64,000 nucleotides of DNA from Mobula hypostoma (taxonomy: Eukaryota), in contig NC_086108.1 of assembly GCF_963921235.1 (NCBI RefSeq), positions 61,630,001 to 61,694,000 on the forward strand. The letters run 5' to 3'. Position numbers and translations under genes: made by a program. Positions 50,550 to 63,099 of the stretch are shown here, in pieces. The stretch's first letter is position 1. Every line of letters begins with the position of its first letter. The notes below the pieces were generated by a model. It saw only the letters and a program-made list of their open reading frames with translations. It was not told where the DNA came from and ran no database searches.

Positions 50550-51749
50550 CAGAGGTCCCCAACCACCGGGCCGCGGACCGGTGCCGGGCCGCAAAGCATG
50601 TGCGAGGAAACGATATGATTTGGCGATATGAGTCAGCCGCACCTTTCCTCATTCCCTGTCACGCCCACTGTTGAGCTTGAATGCACGCGAGGTCATTACA
50701 CATGCAAAGTCATTACCCGCGCGTCATCCATGTCCGTGCGGGAAGAAGATCAAGTCCTTGAGCTTGCAAATGACGGCAGGCTGAAAAGTATGTTTGACAT
50801 AACATCTCTGCTGGCATTCTGGATCAAAGTCAAGGCTGAATTTCCTGAGATAGCCATGAAAGCACTGAAAACGTTGCTTCCATTTCCAACATATTTCTGC
50901 ATAAATGCAACGAAAACTAAAATGCGGAATAGACTGGACATAAGGACCCCCCTTCGAGTATCCCTGTCTCCCATCACCCCTCGATGGGACCACCTTGTTT
51001 CTGGGAAACAAGCCCAGGGCTCCCACTGATTCAGCGATATTGGTGTGTTGCAATGATTTTAGATGTTCATACAGGGAAAATATGTGCTATGTGTTTAATA
51101 TCCAAACGTTACTTAAAACGTTATGATGCTATTGACTTATAAGTGACTTATATAACCATATAACAATTACAGCACAGAAACAGGCCATCTCGACCCTTCT
51201 AGTCCGTGCCGAACGCTTACTCTCACCTAGTCCCACAGACCTGCACTCAGCCCATAACCCTCCATTCCTTTCCTGTCCATATACCTAACCAATTTTTCTT
51301 TAAGTGATAATATCGAACCTGCCTCTACCACTTCTACTGGAAGTTCATTCAACACTTACTTCAAGCTCCCCTGTCTTCCCCTGATAATTGACTTATCACT
51401 ATATTCATGCGAGGAAAATATGTGCTGTGTGTTTAATATTAAATTCGTTAGATAAACCCTTTTATAAATGAAATTGAGTGTATTAGCCACCTATCACCTA
51501 TATTCCGGTCGTGACTAACACCACTCCCTGAACAGAAACGCCAAAAACGATTTATAGAAAAAAAATCGGCAAGTACACGCATGCGCACACAGCTGCCCAT
51601 GCAAGGCTTCATGGTCATGGTAGTCTTTTTTGGGGTAAACACAACGTATTTGACTGCTGGCAACCCTACCCCTCCCCCAGTCGGCCAGTCCACAAGCATA
51701 TTGTCAATAATAAACCGGTCCGCGGTGCAGAAAAGGTTGGGGACCCCTG
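50550..51749 (+). mobile_element. hAT-Charlie/Buster non-autonomous transposon
   Basis: TIRs CAGAGGTCCCCAACC / GGTTGGGGACCCCTG; C-terminal dimerisation domain FWIKVKAEFPEIA.KALKTLLPFPTY...KTKMRNRLD..LRVSLS..QAQGSH (ORF 50628..51029). Confidence 0.92.
51150..51355 (-). mobile_element. CR1 3' end inside the hAT element
   Basis: TATAACCATATAACAATTACAGCACAGAAACAGGCC..CCCATAACCCTCCATTCC, a CR1-type terminus. Confidence 0.7.
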
Positions 51750-51829
51750 CCTTATCTCACCCTGCATTAACGAGCAGGTGTACAAGTGTACCTAATAAAG
51801 TGGCCACTGACTGTATAATCCATGCTGTC

Positions 51830-52400
51830 AGAAACCTCTTTTTCTAAGGACCTCAATTTCGCCTACCATTCTTTGTTTCCAAAGAACTTTAAGTGCCTTC
51901 TCAAAATCTATATAGATAACACCTCTTGCATTCCCTTCATCAATCGTCTCTGTTATCTCACAGAAAAATTCAATCAGATTAATGAAACACAATAGATCTG
52001 TGCCAGCTCTATTAATTCTAACTTCTCCAGTCCACATTGTTATTTTCCTTGATCATTGTTTGTAAAGCTTTCTCAACCCGCTGAGGTTAAACAAACTCTT
52101 GCAATGTTGACATTGTCCCGACCCCTACTTTTGAACAATTTAAGTTTTTTCTCATGCCACTACAGATCGTCTTGTTAGGATTGACCATGGCAATTCTCCT
52201 TCAATTACCACACCTCTTTTTGTTCAACAAACTAGGACACATCCAACCCAGACCTGGTAATTTGTTTACTTCAAGCATTCTTTCCAATACCTCTCTTCAT
52301 CAATTTCACCTCATCTGTTATCTCTACTCTCCACTCTAATGAGATATTGCTATCTTCCCTTATTAAAAGTACTCATTAAATATTCTACCACTTCCTTTAT
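51830..52400 (-). mobile_element. Old CR1 RT fragment
   Basis: NLIEFFCEITETIDEGNA.GVIYIDFEKA (ORF 51828..52037). Confidence 0.75.
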
Positions 52401-52611
52401 ACACAGATTGCTTTCTTGATCTATAATTAGTCTTCCTTATAATACTACCCTATTCAAATGTCTATGAAGGATTTTTTTTCTTTATGTTTTATGTTAAATT
52501 CTATTCTATTATCATATTGTTTTACCTTTATACTACTCCTCACCATTTATTATATTCAGACTTGTAATCACTTGAATTATTCACCTGGTATGTATTGTTC
52601 AATCTCTATTT

Positions 52612-52650
<39 letters not shown>

Positions 52651-53297
52651 TCCAGGAGCCCTGGTACTTGTACTTTTTCTATTCATGGGGAATAAATGTA
52701 GCCTGTAGAACTTTACCTGCCAATCTTGGGTTCCACATGATGTCATACAGATCCACTGGAATTTAGCTACCCTTCAGTTAAGGATTCTGCTTTAGACTAC
52801 TCTTTGTCCCTTTCCATCAGACATGTTCTTCTACTTTAAGATTATGCCATCCACATTACCTTTCAATACCAGGAAAATCCACTACACAAGCACTATTTCC
52901 TGGAGTGCCAATCACATTTTGCCAATATACTGATTATCAATAGCTCCTCAGAACCTCACTTTGGGTTCTGTAAAAATGATCCTCTCCGATCAGATCATCA
53001 ATTATTCAAATGCTCAATCAATTGGTCTCTGTTAACTAATTAAATAAAAATCCAAACCTGAGACTAATAACATCCATAGCTTCTTGGTTTATCAAACATT
53101 CTTAAAATAATTGAATAATAACTTCAATAAAATTTTGTTTTATCTTTCTCAATTTTTTTTTCCTTTTCTTTTTTTCTACATTTTTTCACATGGATTTCTT
53201 TATGCAGCTGTCCCCAATAAATTATACTAATTAACTACTTTTGCTATTTTGTCTTCTCATACAAAAATTAAAAATACCATTATAAAGACATTGTTCT

Positions 53298-53495
53298 TGT
53301 TATGTTTTGTAACTCCAAAACATAAAACTAATCGAAAGAAAAACACAGAACCGGGAATAAATTGTGTACTCTAGTTTCGTTTTTACTTTTAGTAAGGCAC
53401 ACACTTATGACATGATGGCATAATGACGTAAGCCATTCACATTCTTTTACGTATAACCCATAATAAATTATTTAAACAACAAAGAATGCTTAATC
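53298..53495. mobile_element. Short LTR-like repeat, copy 1
   Basis: Begins TGTTATG; colinear with 54374-54565. Confidence 0.6.
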
Positions 53496-53684
53496 GCTTT
53501 TATCTTTCTGATGGAGTCAATCATTTCAGCTTACTTTTTAAAATTTATTTATGATTATTATCACACAGTACTCACTGTTTATGAATGCATGAATTTAATC
53601 TATTTTCTTGCTTAATTCAATTGTCTTTCTCCTCCCCTTGTGAAGATACAAAGGTGCTGCACTTGTTTTTAAATCAAAAGTCTC

Positions 53685-54347
53685 CAAAAGACCACAAGAT
53701 ACAGAAGCAGAATTAAGCCATTTCATCACGGCTGATCCATTTTTCCTTTCAGCCCCAATCTCCTTCCTCCTCCCTGTATCCCTGCATGCCCTGACCAATC
53801 AAGAATTTGTCTACCTCTCCCTTAAATATACATAAAGACTTTGCCTCCATAGTTGCCTGTGGAAAAGCATTCTACAGATTCACCACTCTTTTGAGGAAAC
53901 CATGCTGACTACAGCCTATTTTATCATGTGCCTCCAAGTACCCCTAAACCACATCCTCAACAATCGACTCCAACATCTTCCCAAACCACTGAGGTCAGAC
54001 TAACTGGCCTACACTTTCCTTTCTTCTGCCTCTCACCCTTCTTGAAGAATGGAGTAGCATTTGCAATTCTTCTGTCTTCCAGAACCATTCCAGAACCTAG
54101 TGATTTTTGAAAGATCATTACTAATGCCTCCACAATCTCTTCAGCCATGTTTTTCACAACCCTGGGGTGTACACCATCTGTTCCAGGTAACTTACCTACC
54201 TTCTGACCTTTGAGTTTTCCAAGAACCTTCTCTCTAGTAATGGCAACATCACACACTTCTGACACCTGACTCTCTGGAACTTCCACCACACTGTTGGTGT
54301 CTTCCACAATGAAGACTGATGCAAAATACTTAGTCAGTTCATCTTGC
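53685..54347 (-). mobile_element. CR1 fragment with internal deletions (same family as 1-1035)
   Basis: ORF 53957..54307 (PG.DGVHPRV, RPVSLTSVV) joined to the 3' end. Confidence 0.88.
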
Positions 54348-54373
54348 TATGTTTCAACTAATAAGGCATTAGA

Positions 54374-54595
54374 TTTATGTTTTGTAACTCCAAAACATAA
54401 AACTAATTGAAAGAAAAAAAAAGCTGGGAATGGAGTGTGTATTCCAGCTTCGTTTTTACTTTTCGTAAGGTGAACACTTATGACATGGTGGCGTAATGCT
54501 GTATGCCATTCACATACTTTTACACATAACCCATAAGGAATTATAATAACAAAGGATGCTTAATCAGTTTGAAATTTTAACTGCTGAACACAACA
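54374..54595. mobile_element. Short LTR-like repeat, copy 2
   Basis: Colinear with copy 1; ends ACAACA. Confidence 0.6.
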
Positions 54596-55271
54596 ATTCT
54601 TGCGATTTGCTATCGCTAAGTCAGATTATACTGGAGCTTTGGACTCTTACTGTTCTTTAATTTTACCTACATTGTCTCCAATTTGTATTGCTGATTTATG
54701 GAGGTTAAAGAGAACAGATTTTTTTCTCTATAGGCCTATTTCCTTACTGAAATCTTTTCTTTCTATTGTTGTTTCTTCTTAAACATTATAATTCCCCAGC
54801 AAACTGCTCTTTTTCCATCATTTCTACAGATGTTATGATCTGAGTTTTACAGGGTCTCCCTATGTGACATTTACAGTACCATTTTTAAGGGACCTTTTAA
54901 AAATATATGAATAAATTCTGTGAGTGCTTAACCATATGCTATTACTCCTGTTCTTTGTGCTAGCTTAATTATCAAGTGCACTATTTTAAAAGATGACACT
55001 GTCTTTCCAAGCAAGTACTTATTATAAACACATCATTTGGAAAAGCTTCTGTGTATGTGAATTTGGTGCTGAGTGTCTGACAATAGGTCCTGGAGGGCAA
55101 AAGTCTAAAATCAAATCCTAAACAGCAATGTTTCTCTGTGAAGAAAACTCACTGGGGATTTATGTCAAATTATAGGAATGCAAGCCCTGTTTCCAAATGC
55201 TTTCCATCAAAGAACGGATCCAAAATCAAACTCAATGTCTAGAAACTATACATAAAAAATTGGTTTGAAGA

Positions 55272-55490
55272 AAAACGAAGCTGCTGGAGGAACTCAACGG
55301 GTCAGATATTACCTGTGGAGGAAGATGTATAGTTAATGTTTCAGGTCAAGATCCTGCATTAGCACTCTGCAGGTTTTCAACCCATAAAATCAACAACTCC
55401 TCTGCCTCCACAGATCTTGCCGCACCCACTGAGTTCCTCGAATAGTTTGCTTTTGCTCCAGTTTACTGCAGCTGCTGTCTGTTGTGTCTC
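55272..55490. mobile_element. Old fold-back PLE pLTR
   Basis: CTGCTGGAGGAACTCAACGGG..CTGTGGAGG (minus arm) versus CCTCCACAG..CCCACTGAGTTCCTC (plus arm). Confidence 0.65.
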
Positions 55491-55619
55491 TAAAAAGTTG
55501 ACTTGCTCTCTTCACAACTACTGCCCATTTACTGCATGTTTTCAAAACTTCTGAGGTTCGTGGTTATTCCATTTCATTTTAAATTATAGGGAAATTTTTC
55601 ACAATTTGGACATCTAAGC

Positions 55620-58471
55620 AGCTGAGCTTAGAGCGTGGATCAGTATTTGGAGCTATGATGTTGTGGCCATTACAGAGACTTGGTTGGTGCAGGGGCAGGA
55701 ATAGTTACTTCAAGTGCCAGGCTTCAGATGTTTCAGAAAGGACAGGGAGGGAGGCAAAAGAGGTGGGGGCATGGCACTGTCGATCAGATATAGTGTCACA
55801 GCTGCAGAAAAGGAGGAAGTCATGGAGGGGTTCTCTACAGAGTTTCTGTGGGTGGAAGTTAAGGATAGGAAGGGGTCAATTACTCCACTAGATGTTTTTA
55901 AAGACCACCCAATAGTAACAGGGACATCGAGGAGCAGATAGGGAGACAGATTCTGCAAAGGTGCAATAATAATAGGGTTGTTGTGTGGGAGATTTTAATT
56001 TCCCTAATATTGGTTGGCATCTCCCTAAAGTGAGGGGTTTAGATGGGGTGGAGTTTGTTAGGTGTGTTCAGGAAGGTTTCTTGACACAGTATGTAAGTAA
56101 GCCTACAAGAAGAGGGGCTGTACGTGATCTGGTATTGGGAAATGAACCTGGTCAAGTGTCAGGTCTCTCAGTAGGAGAGCATTTTGGAGATAGTGATCAC
56201 AATTCTACCTCCTTTACCATAGCATTGGAGAGGGATAGGAACAGACAAGTTAGGGAAATGTTTAATTGGAGTAAGAGGAAATATAAGGCTATCAGGCAGG
56301 AACTAGGAAGCATAAACTGGAAACAGATGTTCTCAGGGAAACGTATAGAAGAAATGTGGCAAATGTTCAGGGGACAAGAGGAGCTTATGAAAGGTTCAAA
56401 AAACTAGGTAATGGTAGAGATCCAGAAGATTATAAGGCTAGCAGGAAGGAGCTTAAGAACGAAATTAGGAGAGCCAGAAGGGGGCCGTGAGAAGGCCCCT
56501 GATGAAGGGTTCCGGCCCGAAACGTCGACTCATCGTTCCCACAGATGCTGCTCGACCTGCTCAGTTCCTCCAGCGTGTTGTGAGTGTTGCTTTGACCCCA
56601 GCATGCAGATTATTTTGTGTTTACGAGAAGGCCTTGGTGGACAGGATTAAGGAAAACCCCAAGGCATTGTACAAATATGTGAAGAGCAAGAGGATAAGAC
56701 ATGAGAGAATAGGACCAATCAAGTGTGACTGTGGAAAAGAGTGTATGGAACCGGAAGAGATAGCAGAGGTACTTAATGAATACTTTGCTTTGGTATTCAC
56801 TACAGAAAAGGATCTTGGTGATTGTAGGGATGACTTACAGCGGACTGAAAAGCTTGAGCATGTAGATATTAAAGAAGATGATCTGCTGGAGCTTTTGGAA
56901 AGCATCAAGTTAGATAAGTCACCAGGACCAGACTGGATGTACCCCAGGCAACTGTGGGAAGTGAGGGAGGAGATTGCTGAGCCTCTGGCAATGATCTTTG
57001 CATCATCAATGAGGACAGGAGAGATTCCAGAGGATTGGAGGGTTGTGGATGTTGCTCCCTTATTCAAGAAAGGGAGTATAGATAGCCCAGCAAATTATAG
57101 ACCAGTGAGTCTTACTTTACTGGTTGGTAAGTTGATGGAGAAGATCCTGAGAGGCAGGATTTATGAACATTTAGAGGGCCATGATATAATTAGGAATAGT
57201 CAGCATGGCTTTGTCAATGGCATGTTGTGCCTTACGAGCCTAATTGAATTTTTTGAGGATGTGACTAAACACATTGATGAAGGTAGAGCCATAGATGTAG
57301 TGTATATAGATTTCAGCAAGGCATTTGATAAGGTACCCCATGCAAGGCTTATTGAGAAAGTAAGGAGGCATGGGATCCAAGGGGACATTGCTTTGTGGAT
57401 CCAGAACTGGCTAACCCACAGAAGGCAAAGAGTGGTTGTAGACGGGTCATATTCTGCATGGAGGCCAGTGACCAATGGTGTGCCTCAGGGATCTGTTCTG
57501 GGACCCCTACGATTTGTGATTTTTATAAATGAGCTGGATGAGGAAGTGGAGGGGTGGGTTAGTAAATTTACTGATGACACAAAGGTTGGGATGTTGTGGA
57601 TAGTGTGGAGGGCTGTCAGAGGTTACAGAGGGTCATTGATAGGATGCAAAACTGGGCTGAGAAGTAGCAGATGGAGTTCAACCCAGATAAGTGTGGCGAT
57701 GTTCATTTTGGTAGGTCAAATATGATGGCAGAATATAGTATTAATGGCAAGACTGTTGGCAGTATGGAAGATCAGAGGGATCTTGCTGTCCAAGTCCATA
57801 GGACACTCCAAGCTGCTACGCAGATTGACTCTGTGGTTAAGGAGGCATACAGTGCATTGGCCTTCATCAACCATGGGATTGAGCTTAAGAGCTGAGAGAT
57901 AATGTTGCAGCTACATAGGACCCTGATCAGACCCCACTTGGAGTACTATGCTCAGTTCTGCTCACCTCAATACAGGAAGGACGTGGAAACCATAGAAAGG
58001 GTGCAGAGGAGATTTACAAGGATGTTGCCTGCATTGGGGAGCATGCCTTATGAAAATAGATTAAGTGAACTCGGCCTTTTCTCCTTGGAGCCACAGAGGA
58101 TGAGGGGTGACCTGATAGAGGTGTACAAGATAATGAGAGGCATTGATCATGTGGATAGTCAGAGGCCTTTTCCCAGGGCTGAAATGGCTAGCATAAGAGG
58201 ACATAGTTTTAAGGTACTTGGAAGGAGGTACAGAGGAGATGTCAGGGGTAAGTTCTTTTACACAGAGAGTGGTGAGTGCGTGGAATGGGCTGCCGGCGGT
58301 AGTGGTGGAGGCGGAAACGATAGGGTCTTTTAAGAGACTCCTGGATAGGTACATGGAGCTTAGAAAAATAGAGGGCTATGGGTAACCCTAGGTAGTTCTA
58401 AAGTAAGGACATGTTCAGCACAGCTTTGTGGGCTGAAAGGCCTGTATTGTGCTGTAGGTTTTCTATGTTTC
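55620..58471 (+). mobile_element. Near-complete CR1 ORF2 (APE endonuclease + RT) and 3' end; disrupted
   Basis: DVVAITETW, GDFNFP, DLVL and SDHN endonuclease motifs; RT ORF 56487..57725 ([34 protein letters not shown]); stops, frameshifts and a deletion at ~56372; (TTCTATGT) tail. Confidence 0.96.
56498..56624 (+). mobile_element. 127-bp hammerhead-bearing PLE mini-insert
   Basis: Starts C-CUGAUGA-AGGGUUCCGGCCC-GAAA-CGUC-GACU; perfect 9-bp TSD GAGAAGGCC (56489-97, 56625-33). Confidence 0.92.
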
Positions 58472-58619
58472 TGTCTCTAATTAAGTGGCTTGCTGAGCAA
58501 TTTGAGAGTCAACTATATTAATGTGTTTGGAGCTACATAGAGAAAAGTCAGCCACTTGTCTCTCTTGAAGCCCACTGGCAAACTATCCTGTCGTTTTTGT
58601 ATGCTTTTGGGATTCGACA

Positions 58620-58930
58620 TATTGTGAGCCTGGAGGTTCTCAACTCTGTCTCAGATGCTTCTTCTCAACTTTAACTTGTCACAATACCGAGATTTCCAGG
58701 AGTTAATGGGGGTGCTGCATTTCTTCAAGGAGGATTTGAGTATGTTCTTTATTCTTCTATCTGTCTGGAAACCTTTTCCCATGATGGATCACAATAGATT
58801 GTACATTTTGGGGGGGATGGTGTTAGGCATATGAATAATGTGACCTGCCCCATTGATGATATTGGCCTGGAGGAAGACACTAATGTTAGCTTGGTTATTG
58901 ATCCAGTAACTTTGAAAGATTTTGAAGACA
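58620..58930 (-). mobile_element. RTE (BovB-like) 3' fragment
   Basis: Minus strand ..MPNTIPPK...GKGFQTDRR..KSSLKKC..PINSW; similar to 16700-17075. Confidence 0.6.
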
Positions 58931-59029
58931 CAACATGAGTGGGTTGAACCAGGTAGGCTTTCACTGGAATCATGCTGTTTTGTGGTCATTGATGATTATT
59001 TTGAGTTTCAATTCAGAAAATTCCTTACG

Positions 59030-59545
59030 GTTGTTATAGCTGGGGGTAGTAATCGGGACAAGCTCCCTCTACCTATTAAATGCTTCCAATGGCATGCTTT
59101 CAAACAGCCTCTGTTTGCTGGCTATCTACTAAGTCTTGCAGAATGATTCCAACTGACAGGAGGAGGGGCAAAGGCTGGCTACTGGCGCCTTAAAACTAGT
59201 CACTTCAGGTAGACGGGGCTCATCAACTGTGGTTGGCAGCTCATCTAGGAGAAGAAAAACTCTGATGGCAAACCTCCGCTGCTTTGCGTCTGTACCCAGT
59301 GATGGGGAAGGCTTTGGGAGAAAACTCAAGGGAAAGATCTGGAGCTGATGTCTCTAATGTAGTCCGACATTGAGTTCAATGCTGCTGGTGTCACACTGTA
59401 TTAGTCTCTGTCATTAGATGCATAGAGAGGGGGAGCGTGCCACATGGGTAACAGCTTGCTCTCCATATCGTACAGCCCAGGCTTGCTTATCAAGACAGCT
59501 AGGACACAACATCCATGGTCGGCCCTGACCGACGGAAGCCTCAGT
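59030..59545. mobile_element. Interspersed repeat, probably RTE-associated SINE or 5' UTR
   Basis: Discrete GC-richer block; family call is from recollection only. Confidence 0.35.
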
Positions 59546-59689
59546 TCTGGATTAATTAGTAATCTGAATTTAAATTCTGCAGTTGCCATGTTAAGATTTG
59601 ACCCTAGGTGTCTGGTTTGTTAGCTGCTAACTTAACCACCATACCACCACTGTGCCCTGATCATGCAACATACAAATATTAGATAGTTT

Positions 59690-61240
59690 ATAAAGTCAAA
59701 GTCAAGATTAATGTCATACACACAAGTACATATATGCCTATTTACAATGAAAAAGCAACATCACAGGCACCTAATCTCATATAACCACCAGTCACAAGAA
59801 AAACACCAATTATACATATACTTTACAAGAAAGAACACAATTAGAACAAGAGTCCATTTTAGTGCAACGTGATCAAAGTGGTCATAAAGTTACTAAACCA
59901 CAGTAATTAGTGATTTGACAGATGGTTCAGAAACTGAATTGTTGAACGGAAGTAGCTGATCTTTAACCTGCTGGTGTAGAACTTACGGTTTCTGTACCTT
60001 TTGCTTGATGGTGGCTACGAGAAGGTGGCATATCCCGGATGATGGGGACCTTTAATGATGGATGTTGTCTTCCTGAGGCAGCACTTAGTGGGAAGGGATG
60101 TGCCCACCATGGTGGTACTGGGCAGAGTCCACTACACCCTGTAGCTTATAACTCTCCTGTGTATTCTAACCTCTGTACTAGACAATGATGGAACTAGGGC
60201 AAGTTTGACTGTTGGAGTTATGTTTTGGGCCCAGGACAAGTCATCTGATATTTTAACACACAAGATTTCAAAGCTGCTGACTCTCTCCATCACCGATCCT
60301 CATTTGTAGACTGACTCATCCCTGCCATCAAGTCAGGGATCCTATCTCACTCCAGTAAAATGACTCATCAGTTCTTTTGAATCATCCAACACAGCAGGGC
60401 TGCTGGCATATCTGAAGACTGCACTGGAGCTTTGCTTAGTCATGCAATCATGTTGGCATAGAGTGTAGAGTAAGAGGCTAAGTACACACACTCTGTGACA
60501 TTGATCAGTGAGGAGGAGATGTTGTTGCCAATCCTCACTGACTGAGGTCAGCCATTGTGGTAGCTGACCATCCAGTTGCAGAGATGAGTACAGAAGCCCA
60601 GGTCTTAAAGCTTGATGATAAATGAGATGCTTTTGTTGAACGCTGAGCTATAGTCAATGAATAGCAGCTTGAGGTATGAGTTCCTGTCCAGAACAGAGCA
60701 AGGAGCCAGAGAAACTACATCTGCTGTTGACCCGTTATGGCAATATGCAAACTGAAGCAGAACCAGGTGATCTTTGAATTGCGCCATAACCAATCCCATG
60801 AAGCACGACATTTCGGTTGATGTAAGCGCTACTGGACAAGAATAGGCAGGTCACCACACACTTCTTAAGCAATAAATGCCTTTTGATGCAGGTGGGACCT
60901 CAGACCGTAAAAGCGATAGGTTGAAGATATCTGTAAATACTCCAGCCTGTGAGTCTATACAGATCTTTAGTACTCGGCCAGGTATGTTATCCCTTTTGTG
61001 GATTCATCCTCTTGAATGATGCCTGGATGTTGGCCTCAGTATTGAGATTACAGGATCATCTGGAGATTTGGGAGCTCATGTCAATGTGTCATAGTTTTCC
61101 TTATCAAAGTGTGCATAAAAGGCATTGAGCTCACCAAGAAGTGATAGCTCATTGCCATATATGCTACCCGCTCTTAAATGTTAGGAAGTGATATTGTGCA
61201 AGCCTTACAACAGCTGTCAAGTGCCCATGTGTGCATCCAG
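59690..61240 (-). mobile_element. Rex1/Babar LINE, degenerate RT to 3' end
   Basis: ORF 60605..60811 QFAY..NGSTAD....SYLKLLFIDYSSAFN; (TTTGAC)n tail at ~59692-59705. Confidence 0.82.
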
Positions 61241-61332
61241 TGTAATAGAAGTGCAATAATGTACTAAAGGATGAGTCATTCAGGTGCCTGTGACTCTAAC
61301 CAAATTGCTGAAAAAATATCTGTATTGCATTT

Positions 61333-61470
61333 AGTCCTAAAGAAGGGTCTCAGCTCAAAATGCGACTTTCTATTTATTTTCATAGATGCTGCCTGACCTG
61401 CTGAGGTCCCCCAGTAGGTTGTGTGTGTTGTTCAAGATCTCCTGCATCTGCAGAATCTTTTGTGTTTACG
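61333..61470 (+). mobile_element. PLE pLTR fragment starting at a decayed hammerhead
   Basis: AGTCCTAAAGAAGGGTCTCAGCTCAAAA..ATAGATGCTGCCTGACCTGCTGAG. Confidence 0.8.
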
Positions 61471-63099
61471 ATGCTGCAAATTTATTCTCTTTAAAATGGA
61501 AATTAGAGAACAAAACACAATCAAAGTGTAAATGCAGGAAATCCGAAACAAATGTAAAGAAAGCACTCAGTAGGTCAGGCAATATCTGTGAAAAGAACAA
61601 ATGAGGGAACACTGCAAACGCAGTTCCTCAATGTTGATTTTGATTCTGGACTCTGTTCTTTGACAGCTGACGTTTGAAAACAGGCCTTGTATGTATAATT
61701 TGACAGAAGTCCCCAGTGAGTTTTCTTCACTAAACATTGCTGTTTAGAATTCGATTTAGACTTTTGCCTTCCAGGGCCAATTGTCAGACTCTCAGCACCT
61801 ACTTGACACACACAAATGCTTCTCAGCATAAATTGCTTCAAAGAGGTATTCACTTGAATCTGCAGAGCTATCTTTTACCATAATAGGTTGATAATTAAGC
61901 TAACACACAAAGGATAGCGCTAATAGCAGAGGCTATCAATTCAATGGATGGATTTGAACATCTTATCCCTCATACGGCATGCTCAGATTTCAAATATTGA
62001 GACGCCTTATCATATTTAATGATTTTTTGCTGAATGCTTTTATTCTGAAAATGAAAAAAGAATTGTTATGCCAACTTGATTGGACTCTCCACAGATGTTC
62101 AATGTTTCTAAGATTTTCTGTCTGTTTCAACTTGTACAAATTTGCTTTTATCCTCTTAAACAAATGTGTCTGATTAACAATCTCATATGCACGTCTCAGG
62201 TTTAAAGGCAACATTTCTGGACAAACTTCTAAAATATAACATAAATGTGTTTGTGTTGGCATGTGTGTATGCATATATTTGCACGCATGCTTGCATACCT
62301 ATACACACGTACCTGCTGATACATAGTGATTAGGTTCACATACGTTTGTTCATGTGGCAGGATATTAAAGGAATTATGTCCTAGAATATGTCAGTAGTAC
62401 AAGAAAATTGGGGGATGGGAGTCATGGAATCTGCTGATCAGAAGACCATTTCAAAGAGCACCCTAAATTTATGAATCTCATTACGTCACACAAACTGTAA
62501 AGATACAGCATGCACTTAAAGGCTGCAACATTACAAAAGTGCAGGGAATGGAACAGGGCTGAAATAACCCAAGTTTCCCTGAATTAGAAGCATGTATCCT
62601 GAAATATTGCATAACCGGTGACGTGACCCAACTACAATATCTTTTGTCTTATATCCAGTAAAGAATAAATAGAAATTGCATCTCTCGGGCAGCCCCTCTT
62701 AGTCAAGGATAAATTTCTTTCAGGTGAGTCTTATGTGGGGTTCACAGGCTGTGCCACAGGTGAGTCAGCAGGAGTTTAAAACGCAGGCATGTCGATAATT
62801 CTGTTTATATTATTCCCCATGTGATTGTATCATACAATCCTGAGGCACTCAGAGCTTGCATGAATTCCCTTGTTCCAGTTTGTTTGATTTGGGTCTGGGA
62901 CTCCCCCAAGTCACTGAAAACATTACCTTTAAGGATACCCTTGAAGATTTTTTTCTCTCTCTCTCTCTCGCTGTTCTCTGCCGTATTGGAATGGACTGCT
63001 TGTGAAAGGATTCAGGAATCAGGTTTCAGGCTTGCAGACAATACAACCAGAGCTGGTTGCATGTGATCAGAGTCTTGATTCCGGGGTGTTGGCCAAGAG

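Larger units (their letters stand above)
49828..51813 (-). mobile_element. Tc1-like element (same family as 1738-2266), rearranged, with nested insertions
   Basis: Same TIRs flanked by TA (49826-27, 51814-15); HTH fragment VSETADLLGFSHTTVSRVYREW (ORF 49970..50173). Confidence 0.88.

Noticed and set aside
50628..51029. ZBED5/SCAND3-like host gene
   Set aside because: Only a C-terminal fragment with an internal deletion, enclosed by intact hAT TIRs; it is a transposon, not a domesticated gene.
61800..61866. Minus-strand 57-nt candidate micro-exon (CAG...GTAGGT)
   Set aside because: Poor polypyrimidine tract and no known protein match.
62711..62767. Recursive splice-site-like TTTCTTTCAG|GTGAGT with a second CAG|GTGAGT 36 nt later
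   Set aside because: Short polypyrimidine tract, flanks look repeat-derived, and no host gene or strand is established; it cannot be distinguished from chance.
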